Shown piece by piece: positions 10,148-19,376 of a DNA stretch of 64,000 bases. The first letter of the stretch is position 1. Each line of letters starts with the position of its first letter. The stretch lies in the NCBI RefSeq assembly GCF_053078305.1, contig NZ_CP166879.1; one strand, written 5' to 3'. Under the pieces are notes generated by a model, which was not told where the DNA came from, did not search any database, and was given only the letters and a program-made list of their open reading frames with translations. The position numbers and the translations under genes were made by a program.

Positions 10148-12235
10148 ATGTTTGCTTCAGTTAAAGAGCTGGTTGGATTACCGGGAATGCCGGGAACGGA
10201 GCAAGGCGTCCGCTATTCAATCAGGAAGTATGCAACCAGCGAAACCAGCAGACGCCGCCAGGAAGGCAGTAAAGGTTTTGAATACAGCATCGACTGTTTA
10301 CCTGAAGTGACGCAGCAGGCATTGCGTGAGCGCTACGCCCTGCAACTGATGACGCAAAAAGTCGATGAATCACCGGCTCCGGTGGTGACAAAGGCCAGAC
10401 GCTCGCCTGCCGTGGTTGATGCGGTGGAGGCATATCGCGGATCACCACAACTGATGGTTGAACGCCTTAATGCCCTGACTGAAAACCAGCGCCAGGTGGC
10501 TGATGCACGAATCGCGATCGTCAGCGAAGTGATGAAAGTCGCGCAACACCCCGGTTTCAGCTGTGCGAAAGCTATCCGGTTTATCGTTGACAACCTGGCA
10601 CGTTCGCAACTGGACGAGCGCATTGTGGCAATGGTTGAGACGGCGAACGCCAAAAAGGGAAACAGCCGTGCGTTGAGTGAAATAACGCTGAAACGCTGGA
10701 TTGCGGCCTTTAACAAGGCGCAGAACGCCGCTGAACGCCTGCTTTTACTGGCACCGGGTAAGCGCCAGGAAATAAAAGCCGAAGATATTAACTGGCTGCC
10801 CGAATTTCTGGCGCAGTATCGCCAGTCAAACGGCCGACCAATGACCGAGGCTTACGAGGATTTTGTCGCTGAATGGCAGCACCGGCACGCTGATGAGCCT
10901 TATATGCTCGATATCATGCCGTCTTATGACACCATTCGCCGCGCAATGAAGAAACTGCCGGAAGTGGTGAAACAAAAAGGCCGGGTGACCGGCAGTGAAT
11001 ACCGCCAGCTTGAGGGATTCACGCGCCGCGACTGGTCCAGAATGCCGGTGAATTATGTCTGGATTGGTGACGGTCACGGCATGAAGCTGAAATGCGCACA
11101 CCCGGTTCACGGTCGGCCATTTGCACCGGAAGTGACCTTTGTTATCGACGGTGGCACGCGCTTTGTGGTGGGCTGGAGCCTTGACCTGGCTGAAAATGTT
11201 TTCGCCGTAGCCGGTGCCATACAGCACGGCATTCGCCATCACGGCAAACCGTTTCTGTATTACTCGGATAACGGCTCCGGGGAAACCGCCGACATCCTGG
11301 ATAAGGAGGTTGTGGGGATACTGCCGCGACTGGGGATTAATCACCCGACCGGGATTGCCGGTAATCCGCAGGGACGAGGCATTATCGAACGGCTTAACCG
11401 CACATTACCGATGCGCATAGCCCGTAAATACCGCACCTATTTCGGGAAAGGTGCAGATCGCGAGACGTTACGCAAAACCAACCGCGATTTACGCTCGGCA
11501 TTTACTGCCCTGCAACAGGGCAAACGGCTGAACGTCCGGCAGCAGTCAGCGATGCGTGATTTACCGTCCTGGTCTGAACTGATTGATGCCATTCGTGACG
11601 GTGTTGAGTGGTACAACAACCGGCCGCACGATGAATTACCGGTGAAGCCGAACGGCAAGCATTACAGCCCGGCGGAGTTCAGAAAAAAACGCCTGGCGGA
11701 AGAGGACACGGAAATTGAATGGCTGTCCGATGTTGAGCTGCGGGATATGTTCCGGCCGATGGTGGAACGCCCTGTAAGACGCTGTGAAATACGCTGGCTG
11801 AATAATATTTACTACGCGCCCGAGCTGCGTGACGAGCATGGTCGTAAGGTGCTTATCAGCTATGACATTCATGATGCCGAACGAATTACCGTACGTCGCC
11901 TGGATGGCAGCGTGATTTGCGAGGCGGTATGGGACGGTAATAAACGCGAAGCCTTCCCGGTTAGTGCGGAATACTACAAACAGCAGCAACGCCTTAAAGG
12001 CATGCGTAAACGCGCAGAGGAAAAAATCCGTGATGCCGAGGATGAGGTTGTCAACGTGCTGGAGCACAAGCCGCAGGAGCCCTGGCTGGAAAACATCTAT
12101 CGCCCGGTAGGTAATACGGTGGCCGTTCAGCAACCGGTCGCTGACGATGAACCTGATGAAGAATACGAGCGTAATTTCCAGCGGGGATTGCAGTTGCTGG
12201 AAGCGAAATTAAAAGAAAATGACCCGCTGGCCTGA
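10148..12235 (+). CDS. A: MuA-type DDE transposase
   Basis: 695 aa with a DD35E core visible (VWIGDGHGMK ... YYSDNGSGE ... GRGIIERLNRTL). Position after ner and size similar to MuA (663 aa). Confidence 0.92.
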   Translation: MFASVKELVGLPGMPGTEQGVRYSIRKYATSETSRRRQEGSKGFEYSIDCLPEVTQQALRERYALQLMTQKVDESPAPVVTKARRSPAVVDAVEAYRGSPQLMVERLNALTENQRQVADARIAIVSEVMKVAQHPGFSCAKAIRFIVDNLARSQLDERIVAMVETANAKKGNSRALSEITLKRWIAAFNKAQNAAERLLLLAPGKRQEIKAEDINWLPEFLAQYRQSNGRPMTEAYEDFVAEWQHRHADEPYMLDIMPSYDTIRRAMKKLPEVVKQKGRVTGSEYRQLEGFTRRDWSRMPVNYVWIGDGHGMKLKCAHPVHGRPFAPEVTFVIDGGTRFVVGWSLDLAENVFAVAGAIQHGIRHHGKPFLYYSDNGSGETADILDKEVVGILPRLGINHPTGIAGNPQGRGIIERLNRTLPMRIARKYRTYFGKGADRETLRKTNRDLRSAFTALQQGKRLNVRQQSAMRDLPSWSELIDAIRDGVEWYNNRPHDELPVKPNGKHYSPAEFRKKRLAEEDTEIEWLSDVELRDMFRPMVERPVRRCEIRWLNNIYYAPELRDEHGRKVLISYDIHDAERITVRRLDGSVICEAVWDGNKREAFPVSAEYYKQQQRLKGMRKRAEEKIRDAEDEVVNVLEHKPQEPWLENIYRPVGNTVAVQQPVADDEPDEEYERNFQRGLQLLEAKLKENDPLA

Positions 12236-12306
12236 AATAAAAAAATAACCCGAGCGGCGACTCAGGTTATTTGATTAAACAAGGTATCAAATGAGAGGTT
12301 AATAAT

Positions 12307-13239
12307 ATGACTGATATTAACGATGTAATCAAGACCATTGATGAACTTATTGATGGCGGCGTACTGACGCAGTATGCCATCGCCAGAGAGGCGGGAATTT
12401 CCGACGGCACATTATCGGCTTTCCGTAAGGGAAAATATAAAGGCGATAACGCTGCTGTGGCTGCTTCCCTGCGTTCCTGGTATGAGAACTGGAATAAACA
12501 AAGCGCACTGCCGGAACCGCCGCAGTTTGTGGAAACGCAGACAGTCCAGGAGCTGCGCGCACTGTTTCAGGCGGTTCGTCTGATGGGCTGTATTAACGTT
12601 ATTGTGGGCGTACCGGGTGTGGGTAAAACGGCCACTGCCCGTAATTACTGCCAGGAGCAACCAAACACCTGGATGATCACCCTGTCACCCGCGCACTCCA
12701 GCGTCACGGAGTGTCTGCTGGAGCTGGCCGATGCGCTGGGGATTGATTACACCCGCGCGAACAAAGGGGCATTATCCCGCGCCATCCGCCGTCGCCTGAT
12801 GGGAACGCGTGGACTGGTGATTGTGGATGAGGCGGATCATCTTGGTATTGACGGTCTGGAGCAACTCCGGGCAATTCAGGACGCCACGGGGATCGGGATG
12901 GTGCTTATTGGTAACCCGCGCGGATTGTTTAAAGGTGGACGCCGCGCCTTTGATGATTTATCGCGCCTGTTCAGCCGTCTTGCCCGTACAAAACAACTTC
13001 GCAAGGCCAAAAAGGCGGATGTGCTGGCCATTGCCAGGGCATGGGGTATCAGTGGTGAGGCCGAGCTGGCCGTCATGCAGGCTATCGCTGAAAAGCCCGG
13101 TGCGTTACGTGTTCTGACACATACGCTTAACCAGGCGTGGCTCACAGCCAGCGGTGAAGGCGCGGCGCTGACAGAAAAACATATTAATGCGGCCTTTAAA
13201 GAGGTTTATACCAACCCTGAATTACTCTCACAGGTGTGA
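12307..13239 (+). CDS. B: MuB-type AAA+ ATPase / target DNA activator
   Basis: 310 aa with an N-terminal HTH-like region, Walker A GVPGVGKTA and Walker B LVIVDEADHL. It follows the transposase as in Mu. Confidence 0.9.
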   Translation: MTDINDVIKTIDELIDGGVLTQYAIAREAGISDGTLSAFRKGKYKGDNAAVAASLRSWYENWNKQSALPEPPQFVETQTVQELRALFQAVRLMGCINVIVGVPGVGKTATARNYCQEQPNTWMITLSPAHSSVTECLLELADALGIDYTRANKGALSRAIRRRLMGTRGLVIVDEADHLGIDGLEQLRAIQDATGIGMVLIGNPRGLFKGGRRAFDDLSRLFSRLARTKQLRKAKKADVLAIARAWGISGEAELAVMQAIAEKPGALRVLTHTLNQAWLTASGEGAALTEKHINAAFKEVYTNPELLSQV

Positions 13240-13241
13240 TT

Positions 13242-13463
13242 ATGGCGGTATTTAATATTCCTGATATTTACGGACGCTTTTACCTGGTTAATTTCGATAA
13301 CGTGAAGGTGATTTCACTGGCCGAAAATAAAGAATGTGGCGATTTACTTTTTGAATTTAATGACCGCACACGAATGGTGATATCTGCCGGACTTGATCGC
13401 GAAGGTGCGACAGACGTTTACAGCGGAATATGCCGTTCTGTTGGTGCGAAACAAGTCAGCTAA
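13242..13463 (+). CDS. hypothetical early protein
   Basis: ORF-track 13236-13463. ATG at 13242 is preceded by CAGGTG. Tightly packed in the early operon with no recognisable family. Confidence 0.5.
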   Translation: MAVFNIPDIYGRFYLVNFDNVKVISLAENKECGDLLFEFNDRTRMVISAGLDREGATDVYSGICRSVGAKQVS

Positions 13464-13475
13464 ATGAGGTGTTAT

Positions 13476-13730
13476 ATGAATATGCAATCCTGCGGTAACA
13501 AAATGAATTTATTCGACTCCCTGAACAGCGCGCGCCGTCTGACCGAACTTGCCGGTGCGGTACTGGAACGCAGTAAGCGCTATCCGCAACGTTTTGCACT
13601 GAAAACCACGCCGCCGGTAGGCAACGTGCAGGGAACCGGTGAAATTGAAATCACCATACAGACCAACGGCCTGCGCCGCCGTGTGAAGGCCACCCGCATC
13701 AGCGGCTGCACGGTTTACTGGGAGGTGTGA
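13476..13730 (+). CDS. hypothetical early protein
   Basis: ORF-track 13464-13730. ATG at 13476 is preceded by GAGGTG. Same-strand early operon. Confidence 0.5.
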   Translation: MNMQSCGNKMNLFDSLNSARRLTELAGAVLERSKRYPQRFALKTTPPVGNVQGTGEIEITIQTNGLRRRVKATRISGCTVYWEV

Positions 13731-13731
13731 G

Positions 13732-14013
13732 GTGAAAAAAAATCTCATTGCATGGGCGTGGTCGAGTGGTCTTATTGAGTTTGGTTACGTCCTGCCGGAA
13801 GGTGCATTGCCGATAGTTGCCGGAAAGCCTGTCACGGTACGGCATGTGATTGAGGTTATGGCGCGTCATGGACGTGATGAACAGGAGCAGTTACTGGTTC
13901 CGGGGATACCGGAAGCGGTGACGGAGGAAGAAGCCTTTAATGCCATGATTCGGTTCTGCCGTGAGGTCAGACGCCGGGTCAGTTATCCAAACAGAACGAG
14001 GACCAGAGGATGA
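13732..14013 (+). CDS. hypothetical early protein
   Basis: 93-aa ORF with a GTG start 6 nt after GGAGG. It overlaps the next start (ATGA at 14010). Confidence 0.5.
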   Translation: MKKNLIAWAWSSGLIEFGYVLPEGALPIVAGKPVTVRHVIEVMARHGRDEQEQLLVPGIPEAVTEEEAFNAMIRFCREVRRRVSYPNRTRTRG

Positions 14014-14282
14014 GTAAAGTCGTACGCATTATTTTCGAATACAAGGAGCACGTTATCCATAAAAACGCTGATGGAACAGTGCGCATGGGGGTAAGTCTGG
14101 ACATACGTTCAACCGGGATAAAGCAGAAAGGTGATGGACCCGCCATGATTTTTGGAGTGGTTATGCTCGCGGAAAGCAGAGACTTTGCTGAACTTGTGGC
14201 AATGAAAGCCAGTGCGCTCATGAAAGATATGAGCATGCGTTCCGGGGTTATTAAAGGTAATGAATTTAATCAGCAGGGGTAA
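14010..14282 (+). CDS. hypothetical early protein, tandem paralogue 1 (MSKVVRIIFEYK...)
   Basis: 90-aa ORF. The N-terminus MSKVVRIIFEYKEH is near-identical in pattern to the next gene's MSKVRVIFEFKH. Confidence 0.55.
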   Translation: MSKVVRIIFEYKEHVIHKNADGTVRMGVSLDIRSTGIKQKGDGPAMIFGVVMLAESRDFAELVAMKASALMKDMSMRSGVIKGNEFNQQG

Positions 14283-14286
14283 TTCC

Positions 14287-14580
14287 ATGAGCAAAGTACG
14301 CGTTATTTTTGAATTTAAGCATGTTTCGCATGACGAAAAACCGGCAGGTAATGACTGTGTTGAAGTGCATGAAAAGATTGGTGTGGATGTAAAAACAGAA
14401 CGTGATACGAATAACAGGCCGACGTCACTCTGTGACGTTTATGCAAGTATTCTCCAGTATCACAGTCCTGAAATTATTCAGTTTCTCTCAGCGGAATTTC
14501 AGGCATCTGTACAGGCTTTTGGGGCGGATGCCATCATTAAACGCCACCGCGTGCATAAAGCATCAGGCACACTGCAATAA
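14287..14580 (+). CDS. hypothetical early protein, tandem paralogue 2 (MSKVRVIFEFK...)
   Basis: ORF-track 14260-14580. The internal ATG at 14287 gives MSKVRVIFEFKHVSHDEK, parallel to the preceding gene. Confidence 0.55.
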   Translation: MSKVRVIFEFKHVSHDEKPAGNDCVEVHEKIGVDVKTERDTNNRPTSLCDVYASILQYHSPEIIQFLSAEFQASVQAFGADAIIKRHRVHKASGTLQ

Positions 14581-14591
14581 GGAAAAACAAA

Positions 14592-15122
14592 ATGGCTAAA
14601 CGTGTTACAAAATTAAAGGCCGCAGCCGAGGCTGCACCGCAGACCCGCGAAGAAGTCAGCCGCGATATCCGTACCCTGGGCGATATTCAGCGAGAGGCGC
14701 TACGGCTGGAAACGGCGATGAATGATGAAGTGGCAGAAATCACCGCCCGTTATACGCCGCAGATTGAAAACCTTAAAAAAGAAATCAAAGTGCTTTTTAA
14801 GGGGATTCAGGACTGGTGCAAAACCAACCGCGATGAGCTGACGAACGGCGGCAAAACCAAAACAGTCAATCTGACCACCGGCACGGTGTCATGGCGGCTG
14901 GGAACGCCATCATGCAGCGTCAGCCGTGATGTGGAAGGTGTGATTGAAATGCTGCGCCGTATGGGGCTTGAGCGATTCATCCGCACGAAAGAGGAAGTGA
15001 ACAAGGAAGCGGTCCTGGCGGAGCCGGATGCGGTGAAAGGGATTGCCGGTATTAAGGTAAATAAAGGCGCTGAAAGTTTTTATGTCGAGCCTTTTGAACA
15101 GGACGCCGGACTGAATAAATAA
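14592..15122 (+). CDS. gam: Gam-like host-nuclease inhibitor (Ku-like dsDNA-end binding)
   Basis: 176 aa. IRTLGDIQREALRLETAMNDEVAEIT...NRDELTNGGKTKTVNLTTGTVSWR...LERFIRTKEEVNKEAVLAEPDAVKGIAGI closely parallels recalled Mu Gam (174 aa). Confidence 0.9.
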   Translation: MAKRVTKLKAAAEAAPQTREEVSRDIRTLGDIQREALRLETAMNDEVAEITARYTPQIENLKKEIKVLFKGIQDWCKTNRDELTNGGKTKTVNLTTGTVSWRLGTPSCSVSRDVEGVIEMLRRMGLERFIRTKEEVNKEAVLAEPDAVKGIAGIKVNKGAESFYVEPFEQDAGLNK

Positions 15123-15219
15123 CACCACATTAAATCTTTAAATATCACATCGTTTTAATTATGGCGCTCGCGTCAGGGGACTGCCTGCGCCTGTAAACTG
15201 AAAATAAGGAACAGGAAAT

Positions 15220-15762
15220 ATGGCATATTTTTATTTCAAATTAGACCGTGTGCAGACAAATAAATATTTCACCAAATATCAACAGACTGTTTTACCGCTA
15301 CGCAACAGTATTCTTCGGGCATTACTGAAAAATACAGGCGCTGCCGGATTGCGCTTAAAGCCGTTCGCCATGGACAGAATCAGTGAGTTTTATTTTTCCG
15401 GTGCTCTGCCTGCGGGCTGGCGTAAGCGCGATGATGTGGCTTTTATCGGGGACGGACCGTGCTTTATTGCCAGACCTGATGAGTTATGCCCTGAAGGACC
15501 GGCGATTGCCGCAATGGTTGAAGCCGCTGAACGCGATTTAAGAAAGCGTCCTGATTTCCTTGTCTGGCTCTGTGAAAAGCTGGGGGTAATGAGAATCCCC
15601 TCCATGTTTAACATGGACTCCTGGTGGACCCCGTCACTCTCCCGTGATGCCCTGTGCGTGGTGTTTAAAGTAGGCGCTTATGGCAGGGAAATAAACGGGT
15701 GTATTCCTGAAGAATGCCAGGAAATTAAACATTCTGAATATGTGGCGCTGACGGAGGAATAA
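15220..15762 (+). CDS. hypothetical early protein (possible distant paralogue of 16299-16814)
   Basis: 180-aa ORF with a good SD (AGGAACAGGA). No recognisable family. Confidence 0.55.
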   Translation: MAYFYFKLDRVQTNKYFTKYQQTVLPLRNSILRALLKNTGAAGLRLKPFAMDRISEFYFSGALPAGWRKRDDVAFIGDGPCFIARPDELCPEGPAIAAMVEAAERDLRKRPDFLVWLCEKLGVMRIPSMFNMDSWWTPSLSRDALCVVFKVGAYGREINGCIPEECQEIKHSEYVALTEE

Positions 15763-15765
15763 TTC

Positions 15766-16299
15766 ATGATTGATGCAAAAGTGCTTGAAGGGGTTAAAAA
15801 CTGGCTGAGTATTTACGGGCGTCTGACCTGCGGAGTTCTGGCTGAAAAAATGAATATGCCGCCATCCTCGATGGTTTATTTTCTGCGTGATGCGGTTGAT
15901 GCCGGGGTGCTGACGGAATGTAACGGTTTTTATGATATTCCGCGTCCCCGCCCGGTGCAGCCGGTTCGTCGCAAATGCAGCCAGGAGTCTGCGGCTGATG
16001 ATGTTCAGTGGTGCAGCTTCAGAAAATCCCTGCCGTGGATTGAGGGGCATGATATTCCGTCGATGGCGTGGGAATTTGCTCAGGGCATACTGACCTGTGA
16101 AACCGTTTATGTGGTGGCTGAAGTTGATGAGCAGGCCATGAAAGAAGGTGTACCCCAGTTTGTGATGGCGTATATCGACATACGCCTGGGTGTCATTATC
16201 TGCGGTTTAAGCGGCTGGAATATCACCGGACATGTTCTGCGTTACCTGATTGTTGACCGGACAGCGGCACCGGCCGCGATTTCTGCGGAGGTGGCGTAA
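15766..16299 (+). CDS. hypothetical early protein
   Basis: 177-aa ORF with SD GGAGGA. TAATG coupling to the next gene. Confidence 0.55.
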   Translation: MIDAKVLEGVKNWLSIYGRLTCGVLAEKMNMPPSSMVYFLRDAVDAGVLTECNGFYDIPRPRPVQPVRRKCSQESAADDVQWCSFRKSLPWIEGHDIPSMAWEFAQGILTCETVYVVAEVDEQAMKEGVPQFVMAYIDIRLGVIICGLSGWNITGHVLRYLIVDRTAAPAAISAEVA

Positions 16300-16814
16300 T
16301 GTTCTTTAAAACATCGAACCCTGCCGCGCTGGCCGCGTGGCAAAAATATCAGCAGGACTGCCAGACGGTAAAAGATGAGGCGAAACGCCTTGAGGCCGTG
16401 CTGAATGTTGCGTGCCGGTCGGTATTTGAATTCAGTATCAGTGGTTTTTGTTTTAAGGGACTGCGTTTTACGGAGGACAAATATCCTTTTCATCGTGATT
16501 TATGGCGAAAACCAACTGCGTCGAATGGCTGGAGCTGCACACCGCGCACATCACGTATTCCCAAAGCCCTGCGCGTTGCCTCTGACGAACTTAACAGTCT
16601 GTGGCGTGAATATTCGCCCGTCACGTATGCCAGAACCGATGCACTGTTGTTCTGGCTGGGCATTGATTTCTCGGCAATCCTGTTTGGCCCTGTGGAGTGG
16701 TTCTGCGTTGACGATGTGATTTACCTTCAGTGCGGCGTAAAACCCGCAAAACAGAAAATGACCGAAATTCTGTCTGATGAGTTTTATGCTGCTGAAAAGC
16801 GAGTCAGGGGGTGA
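16299..16814 (+). CDS. hypothetical early protein (possible distant paralogue of 15220-15762)
   Basis: 171-aa ORF, translationally coupled. Shares collinear short motifs with the 15220 product (KYQQ, WRK, (V/F)WL..(L/I)G(V/I), SE(Y/F)(V/Y)A). Confidence 0.55.
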   Translation: MFFKTSNPAALAAWQKYQQDCQTVKDEAKRLEAVLNVACRSVFEFSISGFCFKGLRFTEDKYPFHRDLWRKPTASNGWSCTPRTSRIPKALRVASDELNSLWREYSPVTYARTDALLFWLGIDFSAILFGPVEWFCVDDVIYLQCGVKPAKQKMTEILSDEFYAAEKRVRG

Positions 16815-16817
16815 TGC

Positions 16818-17369
16818 ATGATGATATTACAACCCATGGGGAGAAAAGGCAGTGCACCCGCTCATGTTCGCGCATGGACACCTGAAGAAGATGCGCTGCT
16901 GATTGCGCTTTATCCATCCACCCCGGTTAAGGATATTGCTGTCAGGGTAAAAAGAAGTTTCTGGGGTGTACATCACCGGATTGTTTTATTACGCGGCACT
17001 TACCCGGAGTTGCTCAAATGCAAACGTCCAAGATTTAAACATGATGAAGATAAATTTATCCGAAAAAATGCCAGAACGATGACCGGTAAGCAAATAGGAG
17101 AATATCTGGGGCGAGACCGGGATTCTGTCCACAATCGGGCGCGATATATTGGCGTAAGCATGAAAAAATACGGAGAATTGCTGCCCTTCACCCGTATATC
17201 TGATGATGATGTTCGTCTTATTCGTGAATTACGGGATGCTGAATCACCACGACGTCTTACCTTCCGGGAAATAGGCGAGAAATTTGAATTATCCGAGAGT
17301 ACGGTAAATTTTATTTATCACCATCGCCGGACTGCCGAAGATGTTGTATTACGGGAGTTAATGCCATGA
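16818..17369 (+). CDS. predicted DNA-binding protein with three Myb/SANT- or HTH-like repeats
   Basis: 183 aa. Repeats are RAWTPEEDALLIALY...IAVRV..S...V.HRI, then RFKHDEDKFIRKN...GKQIGEYLGRDRDSVHNRARYIG, then RISDDDVRLIRELR...FREIGEKFELSESTVNFIYHHRR. Confidence 0.55.
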   Translation: MMILQPMGRKGSAPAHVRAWTPEEDALLIALYPSTPVKDIAVRVKRSFWGVHHRIVLLRGTYPELLKCKRPRFKHDEDKFIRKNARTMTGKQIGEYLGRDRDSVHNRARYIGVSMKKYGELLPFTRISDDDVRLIRELRDAESPRRLTFREIGEKFELSESTVNFIYHHRRTAEDVVLRELMP

Positions 17370-17677
17370 TAACGACATTATTTGTTGAATCAGACGAGCC
17401 TCTGGTATGTGCCGCCGGAATGTCGGTTTGTGGCGGAACGCTGACCGGTGTTTATTTCGGGGATTTGCGCGGTTATCCCTGGCATTCACTGGATGACGCA
17501 TTTCCGCCTGATATGGAGGCAGTCGTGCTGATTGTTCAGTATGGTGACCAACAGGAACTGCGCATCGGCCATATGGGGTATGAAGGCTTTTTTATTGATG
17601 AAGAAACCGGAGCCTGCCTTGAAGATGAGGACGGACAGGTGACGCACTGGTGCCATATTTCAGCTTTACCGGAATGA
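17366..17677 (+). CDS. hypothetical early protein
   Basis: 103-aa ORF with ATGA start/stop overlap with the preceding gene. Confidence 0.5.
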   Translation: MITTLFVESDEPLVCAAGMSVCGGTLTGVYFGDLRGYPWHSLDDAFPPDMEAVVLIVQYGDQQELRIGHMGYEGFFIDEETGACLEDEDGQVTHWCHISALPE

Positions 17678-17691
17678 CGGGAGGTGAATGC

Positions 17692-18042
17692 GTGAGAAGT
17701 TATATTGATAATGAAAAACTGAAGACAATCAGCGACTGTCTTAGCTTGCTGGCAAAAATAAAAGAAACCATTGAAGAGATTAAATTTCAGCTTGAATACG
17801 CACCCTGTGGTGATGATACATGGCGTAACTCTGCCAGAAAAGCACTGGCTGTCTTTCAGAAACAACGCCGGACTGTTGAATACCGCCTTGCTGTATTACG
17901 CCAGGAGGAAAAGGAAAGAAATATAAGATGTCACGAGCGCGTTAATAACTTCCTTGTTCGTGAATTAAAAGAACGTGTGCCGGAGTCGGTATTTTTTGAG
18001 TGTGAGGCTGTTGCCCGTAGCAAAGCACTGGAAACTGATTAA
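17692..18042 (+). CDS. hypothetical early protein (coiled-coil-like)
   Basis: ORF-track 17650-18042. The GTG at 17692 follows GGAGGTG and avoids overlap with the upstream gene. Confidence 0.45.
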   Translation: MRSYIDNEKLKTISDCLSLLAKIKETIEEIKFQLEYAPCGDDTWRNSARKALAVFQKQRRTVEYRLAVLRQEEKERNIRCHERVNNFLVRELKERVPESVFFECEAVARSKALETD

Positions 18043-18054
18043 ACAGGCAGGTGA

Positions 18055-18390
18055 ATGATGAGTATTGAATTAAGATCGTCTTATGAATATCGTAAAATTC
18101 TCATCGCCGGAGGCATGAAACCGGAAGATGCAGAAAAAATTGTTTCTTTTATGGATAAAGAATGTGACAAACGGGATATGCCAGAAATTATTATGGATGA
18201 CATGATTCTGCATTCAGCCGTAGCGTTAAGCCCGTTATGGATTGTGCATTCTCTTGCTGAAATTGCCAAAGGCACCGATAAACAGGCAGCTGTTGCTGCC
18301 CTTCAGACGCTTAATGAAATGCGTATATCTCCACGCCCGACATTAATACATATGATTCTCTCCAGTATGGAGGATAAAGCAAATGAATAG
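18055..18390 (+). CDS. hypothetical early protein
   Basis: 111-aa ORF with SD AGGTGA. Confidence 0.5.
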   Translation: MMSIELRSSYEYRKILIAGGMKPEDAEKIVSFMDKECDKRDMPEIIMDDMILHSAVALSPLWIVHSLAEIAKGTDKQAAVAALQTLNEMRISPRPTLIHMILSSMEDKANE

Positions 18391-18580
18391 TCTACCCGCT
18401 GGATGGGCGCGGCCACTAATGGCCAGGAAGCATCATTTTTTTAAAACAGGCGAAAATATCAGTATATGTGGACGGTGGTTATATCTGGCTCATAATCGCG
18501 AGCCGGATACATTTGAAAGCCCTGATGACTGTGCCGAATGCCGCAGAAGAGTGAATAAGGAGAAAGATAATGGACAATAG
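18383..18580 (+). CDS. hypothetical small protein with Cys pairs (CGRW ... CAECRRR)
   Basis: 65-aa ORF with SD GGAGGA 8 nt upstream. Possible zinc ribbon. Confidence 0.45.
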   Translation: MNSLPAGWARPLMARKHHFFKTGENISICGRWLYLAHNREPDTFESPDDCAECRRRVNKEKDNGQ

Positions 18581-18866
18581 TTCTCTGTTGTTCTGGTGCT
18601 TATATATCACATCCTTTTTCGGCGCATTTGTTATTACCCGGTGGTTATGTCGAAAAATCATCTGCTTTTTTGATAAAAGACATCCGGTTGAACGGGCGGC
18701 TGATGCGCTCATTCAGCAGGCCATTGTGTTATATAGCGGTGAATTTTTCTGCCGGATAACAACCAGAGATGGCTGGCACATAATGATTATTCCGCCAACA
18801 CACCATGCCCGGTGGGATGAGGCAGAAAAGGCTTTCCATGTCCGTAAAAAGGTAAATACGGTATGA
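18570..18866 (+). CDS. hypothetical protein with N-terminal transmembrane helix
   Basis: 98-aa ORF with SD AAGGAG. Hydrophobic N-terminus LLFWCLYITSFFGAFVITRWL. Confidence 0.5.
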   Translation: MDNSSLLFWCLYITSFFGAFVITRWLCRKIICFFDKRHPVERAADALIQQAIVLYSGEFFCRITTRDGWHIMIIPPTHHARWDEAEKAFHVRKKVNTV

Positions 18867-19372
18867 GAGGAAAACTGATATCCGCCATTCATGTGGCAAA
18901 GCGCGAGCTTGCCCTGGATGATGAGACCTACACATTCGTACTACTGGCAGCCACCGGCAAAACCAGTTGCCGGGATATGTCACCCGGTGAGTTATCCCGC
19001 GTGCTGGATGTTTTCAAAAAACGCGGTTTTAAAGTGCGTCAGAAACCGGTTAACCGGGCCTTAAAACCGGGTACGGTGACCGCCAGAATTCGCGCCATCT
19101 GGAAAGTGATGCACCGGCAGGGCTTTATCTCTGATGGTGCGGAAACCGCTCTTAACCGCTGGGTGAAATCGCAGACGGCCGCGCAGAACGGCGGCGAAGG
19201 TGTGGCAAACTGGCAGTGGCTGGAGCAACACCCCGCCCTGGCCTCAGATGTGCTGGAGCGTCTCAAGCGATGGCACCGCCGCAAAATGCTGGCCGCGATG
19301 GGAATGCCCGAACGCACGCTGATGGGGTATGACGCCGTTTGCAGGCAGTATGAAAAATCACTTCCCCGTTAA
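18863..19372 (+). CDS. gemA: GemA-like protein (Mu gp16 family)
   Basis: 169 aa. LISAIHVAKRELALDDETYTFVLLAATGKTSCRDMSPGELSRVLDVFKKRGF parallels the recalled Mu GemA N-terminus. It is the last gene before the terminator and mor. Confidence 0.78.
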   Translation: MRGKLISAIHVAKRELALDDETYTFVLLAATGKTSCRDMSPGELSRVLDVFKKRGFKVRQKPVNRALKPGTVTARIRAIWKVMHRQGFISDGAETALNRWVKSQTAAQNGGEGVANWQWLEQHPALASDVLERLKRWHRRKMLAAMGMPERTLMGYDAVCRQYEKSLPR

Positions 19373-19376
19373 CCCC

